This document shows positions 25,080-26,493 of a DNA stretch of 26,493 nt, in pieces. This DNA is from a virus. Lineage: Duplodnaviria > Caudoviricetes. The translations under genes were made by a program, and so were the position numbers. The notes beneath the pieces were generated by a model. The model ran no database searches, was not told the origin of the DNA, and saw only the letters and a list, made by a program, of their open reading frames with translations. Location of the stretch: positions 1 to 26,493 of IMG/VR virus record IMGVR_UViG_3300028595_000056; one strand, given 5' to 3'. Numbering within the stretch: the first letter of the stretch is position 1; each line of letters begins with the position of its first letter.

Positions 25080-25336
25080 TTGCTAATCCTCATCCATCGC
25101 CATGTGAATCCTAATCCGATGGCGTGGCCTAAAAGAGATACGGGTTCATAGATTTTCGTGTTGAGATACAGAAAGTAGGCCGCGCTCAAAATTTGAGATA
25201 TGGCACCTACATTGAACACCCACGGCCTGCAATCTATATGACCTAGCTTTGTGCTGGTTCTCTCTCTGACAATCCTCATGCCAAGGTTGATAGACTTAGA
25301 TGCAAAACCCAACAAGATAACCCAAAGAGGAATCAT
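25067..25336 (-). CDS. Small membrane protein, lipid A biosynthesis N-terminal (LAB_N / PQ-loop clan)-like
   Basis: LLGF...S.KLG...AAYFLY...EPVSLLGHAIGL...R resembles the LAB_N pattern GF..SE..G..Y...DPVFILGQ..GL..Y.RN. Three hydrophobic segments. Confidence 0.5.
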   Translation of the reverse strand: MIPLWVILLGFASKSINLGMRIVRERTSTKLGHIDCRPWVFNVGAISQILSAAYFLYLNTKIYEPVSLLGHAIGLGFTWRWMRISKWSV

Positions 25337-25377
25337 TATGGTACGAAAGACCTATTAGCCTCATTATGAGGCGCTAA

Positions 25378-26157
25378 TCAGTCCTCAAAGAACATCATCT
25401 GGTCATCGTCAGCCTTGAGCATTGACGGTCGGTCACGATCCAGCCACCACTGCCAGTATTCTTCTGCCGATTTGAATTTTTTCTTTGCAGAACTATTATA
25501 TGTCTTTTTTACGGCCCGCTCCCATGCTCTTGCTATTTGAGGCCACCGCTTCATTTGTAGCTCTACATCCCTTGTCATCGGACACAAAACACAACCGAGC
25601 CTTTTAAATCCCTCGTCGTATAACTTACAATATTCGATATTATTTGAGCGAATAAAGTCCCATACTTCAGTGTCTTTCCAATCTATGATAGGGTGGAAGT
25701 AGTGCTTAGACTTGTCTCTCATACAAGCCTCAACCATTCTGCGTTTTGACCTTCGTGCGCTTTCCCCCCATCTTACGCCTGTAACAACTATTCGGCCTGA
25801 ACCGCCACCCTCTTTTAGCTCTTGGCAACAGAACCTTGCCTGCCTCCTTGGCGGCATCTGTCGCTTTACTATCAACTCCCACATGGTCATCTTTGGCCGA
25901 CCGATTACAACGTCTGGCTGTGCTTTTACGTGCTGTACCAGTTCTGGCGGGTCACAAGTTGTCAGGTGGTGGTGGGCGTCATACTTAACCCCAGACATTC
26001 GCACAAGGTTTAGGATGGTATCGCTGTCCTTCCCGCCAGAATAGGCCACGTAGTAGCCTTCCTCTGGCTCAAATTCCTTGATACGGTCTATTGCCCTCTC
26101 AACGATATTTCCAAACAGATCGTTCATTTTATGTGTCCAATGCACTATTAGCCTCAT
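25378..26157 (-). CDS. Phosphoadenosine phosphosulfate reductase family protein (phage CysH/DndC-like)
   Basis: AYSGGKDS PP-loop, RFCCQELKE, TGVRWGES.RR, PIIDW and GFKRLGCVLCP. Start is 26157 or 26127. Confidence 0.88.
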   Translation of the reverse strand: MRLIVHWTHKMNDLFGNIVERAIDRIKEFEPEEGYYVAYSGGKDSDTILNLVRMSGVKYDAHHHLTTCDPPELVQHVKAQPDVVIGRPKMTMWELIVKRQMPPRRQARFCCQELKEGGGSGRIVVTGVRWGESARRSKRRMVEACMRDKSKHYFHPIIDWKDTEVWDFIRSNNIEYCKLYDEGFKRLGCVLCPMTRDVELQMKRWPQIARAWERAVKKTYNSSAKKKFKSAEEYWQWWLDRDRPSMLKADDDQMMFFED

Positions 26158-26163
26158 TATCTT

Positions 26164-26345
26164 TCACGCCACGGCTTCTACACCAGAGCCGTGACCAGAG
26201 CCAGAGCCAGAGCCATAGCCATCGTCAGAACCATCGCCAGCGTCAGAACCATCGCCAGATCCATCGCCAGAGCCATCGCCATAGCCAGAGCCTCACAAAC
26301 GTACTTAACTCCATTGATCATAAGTCCATTAATTTCTTGTTTCAT
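26164..26345 (-). pseudogene. Probable deletion fusion: phage gene N-terminus joined out of frame to a Gly-rich repeat gene
   Basis: ATG 26345 reads MKQEINGLMINGVKYVCE, then ALAMAMALAM... to TAG 26178. The alternative frame reads GSGYGDGSGDGSGDG...VEAVA* but has no start. Confidence 0.55.
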
Positions 26346-26405
26346 TTTTCTGCCTTTCGTCTTATTTCTGAATGTTATTTGTCGTTTGCACTATTAGCCT
26401 CATAA

Positions 26406-26493
<88 letters not shown>

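Larger units (their letters stand above)
25352..26403. repeat. Gene-junction repeat CTATTAGCCTCAT (three copies; one forms an imperfect palindrome)
   Basis: Copies at 25352-25367, 26141-26160 and 26387-26403. TGCACTATTAGCCTCAT is identical in the last two. Confidence 0.85.

Noticed and set aside
25378-26157. PAPS-reductase-family gene as an auxiliary sulfur-assimilation gene or PAPS supplier for the sulfotransferase
   Set aside because: This family is common in phage accessory regions without sulfur pathways. No APS kinase or Dnd partners are in the window, and the gene sits in its own repeat-bounded unit, so adjacency alone is weak evidence.
26091-26405. + strand ORFs with SQSH/ARAI repeats
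   Set aside because: They are antisense shadows of the Gly-rich hexamer repeat.

Overview
The window is a segment of a T7/BPP-1-like podovirus genome (free phage or prophage; no integrase or host gene is visible). The + strand (1-21610) is the late operon: portal C-terminus, Bbp19-like protein, scaffold, major capsid, Bbp16-like cement protein, a block of decoration/receptor-binding-type genes, tail adaptor, tail nozzle, gp13/14/15/16-like ejection proteins and a holin-like gene. The - strand (21607-26493) carries small accessory genes, including a Lar-like protein, a sulfotransferase, a split GT9 glycosyltransferase, a LAB_N-like membrane protein and a PAPS-reductase-family protein. The most unusual property is that nine late-operon genes begin with Sec-type signal peptides, including the conserved tail nozzle and the gene directly after the capsid genes. 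Scaffold, capsid, cement, adaptor and gp15/gp16-like proteins have none. The putatively exported proteins are strongly enriched in D-A-N and D/E-x-N-x-S/T motifs. This suggests a virion whose outer parts are exported, possibly N-glycosylated by the host, and joined to the cytoplasmic head later. Also seen: an SD-sequestering leader before the capsid gene, ART-like and J-like domains in the ejection protein, and two families of junction repeats in the accessory region. All family assignments come from motif recognition by eye, not database searches.
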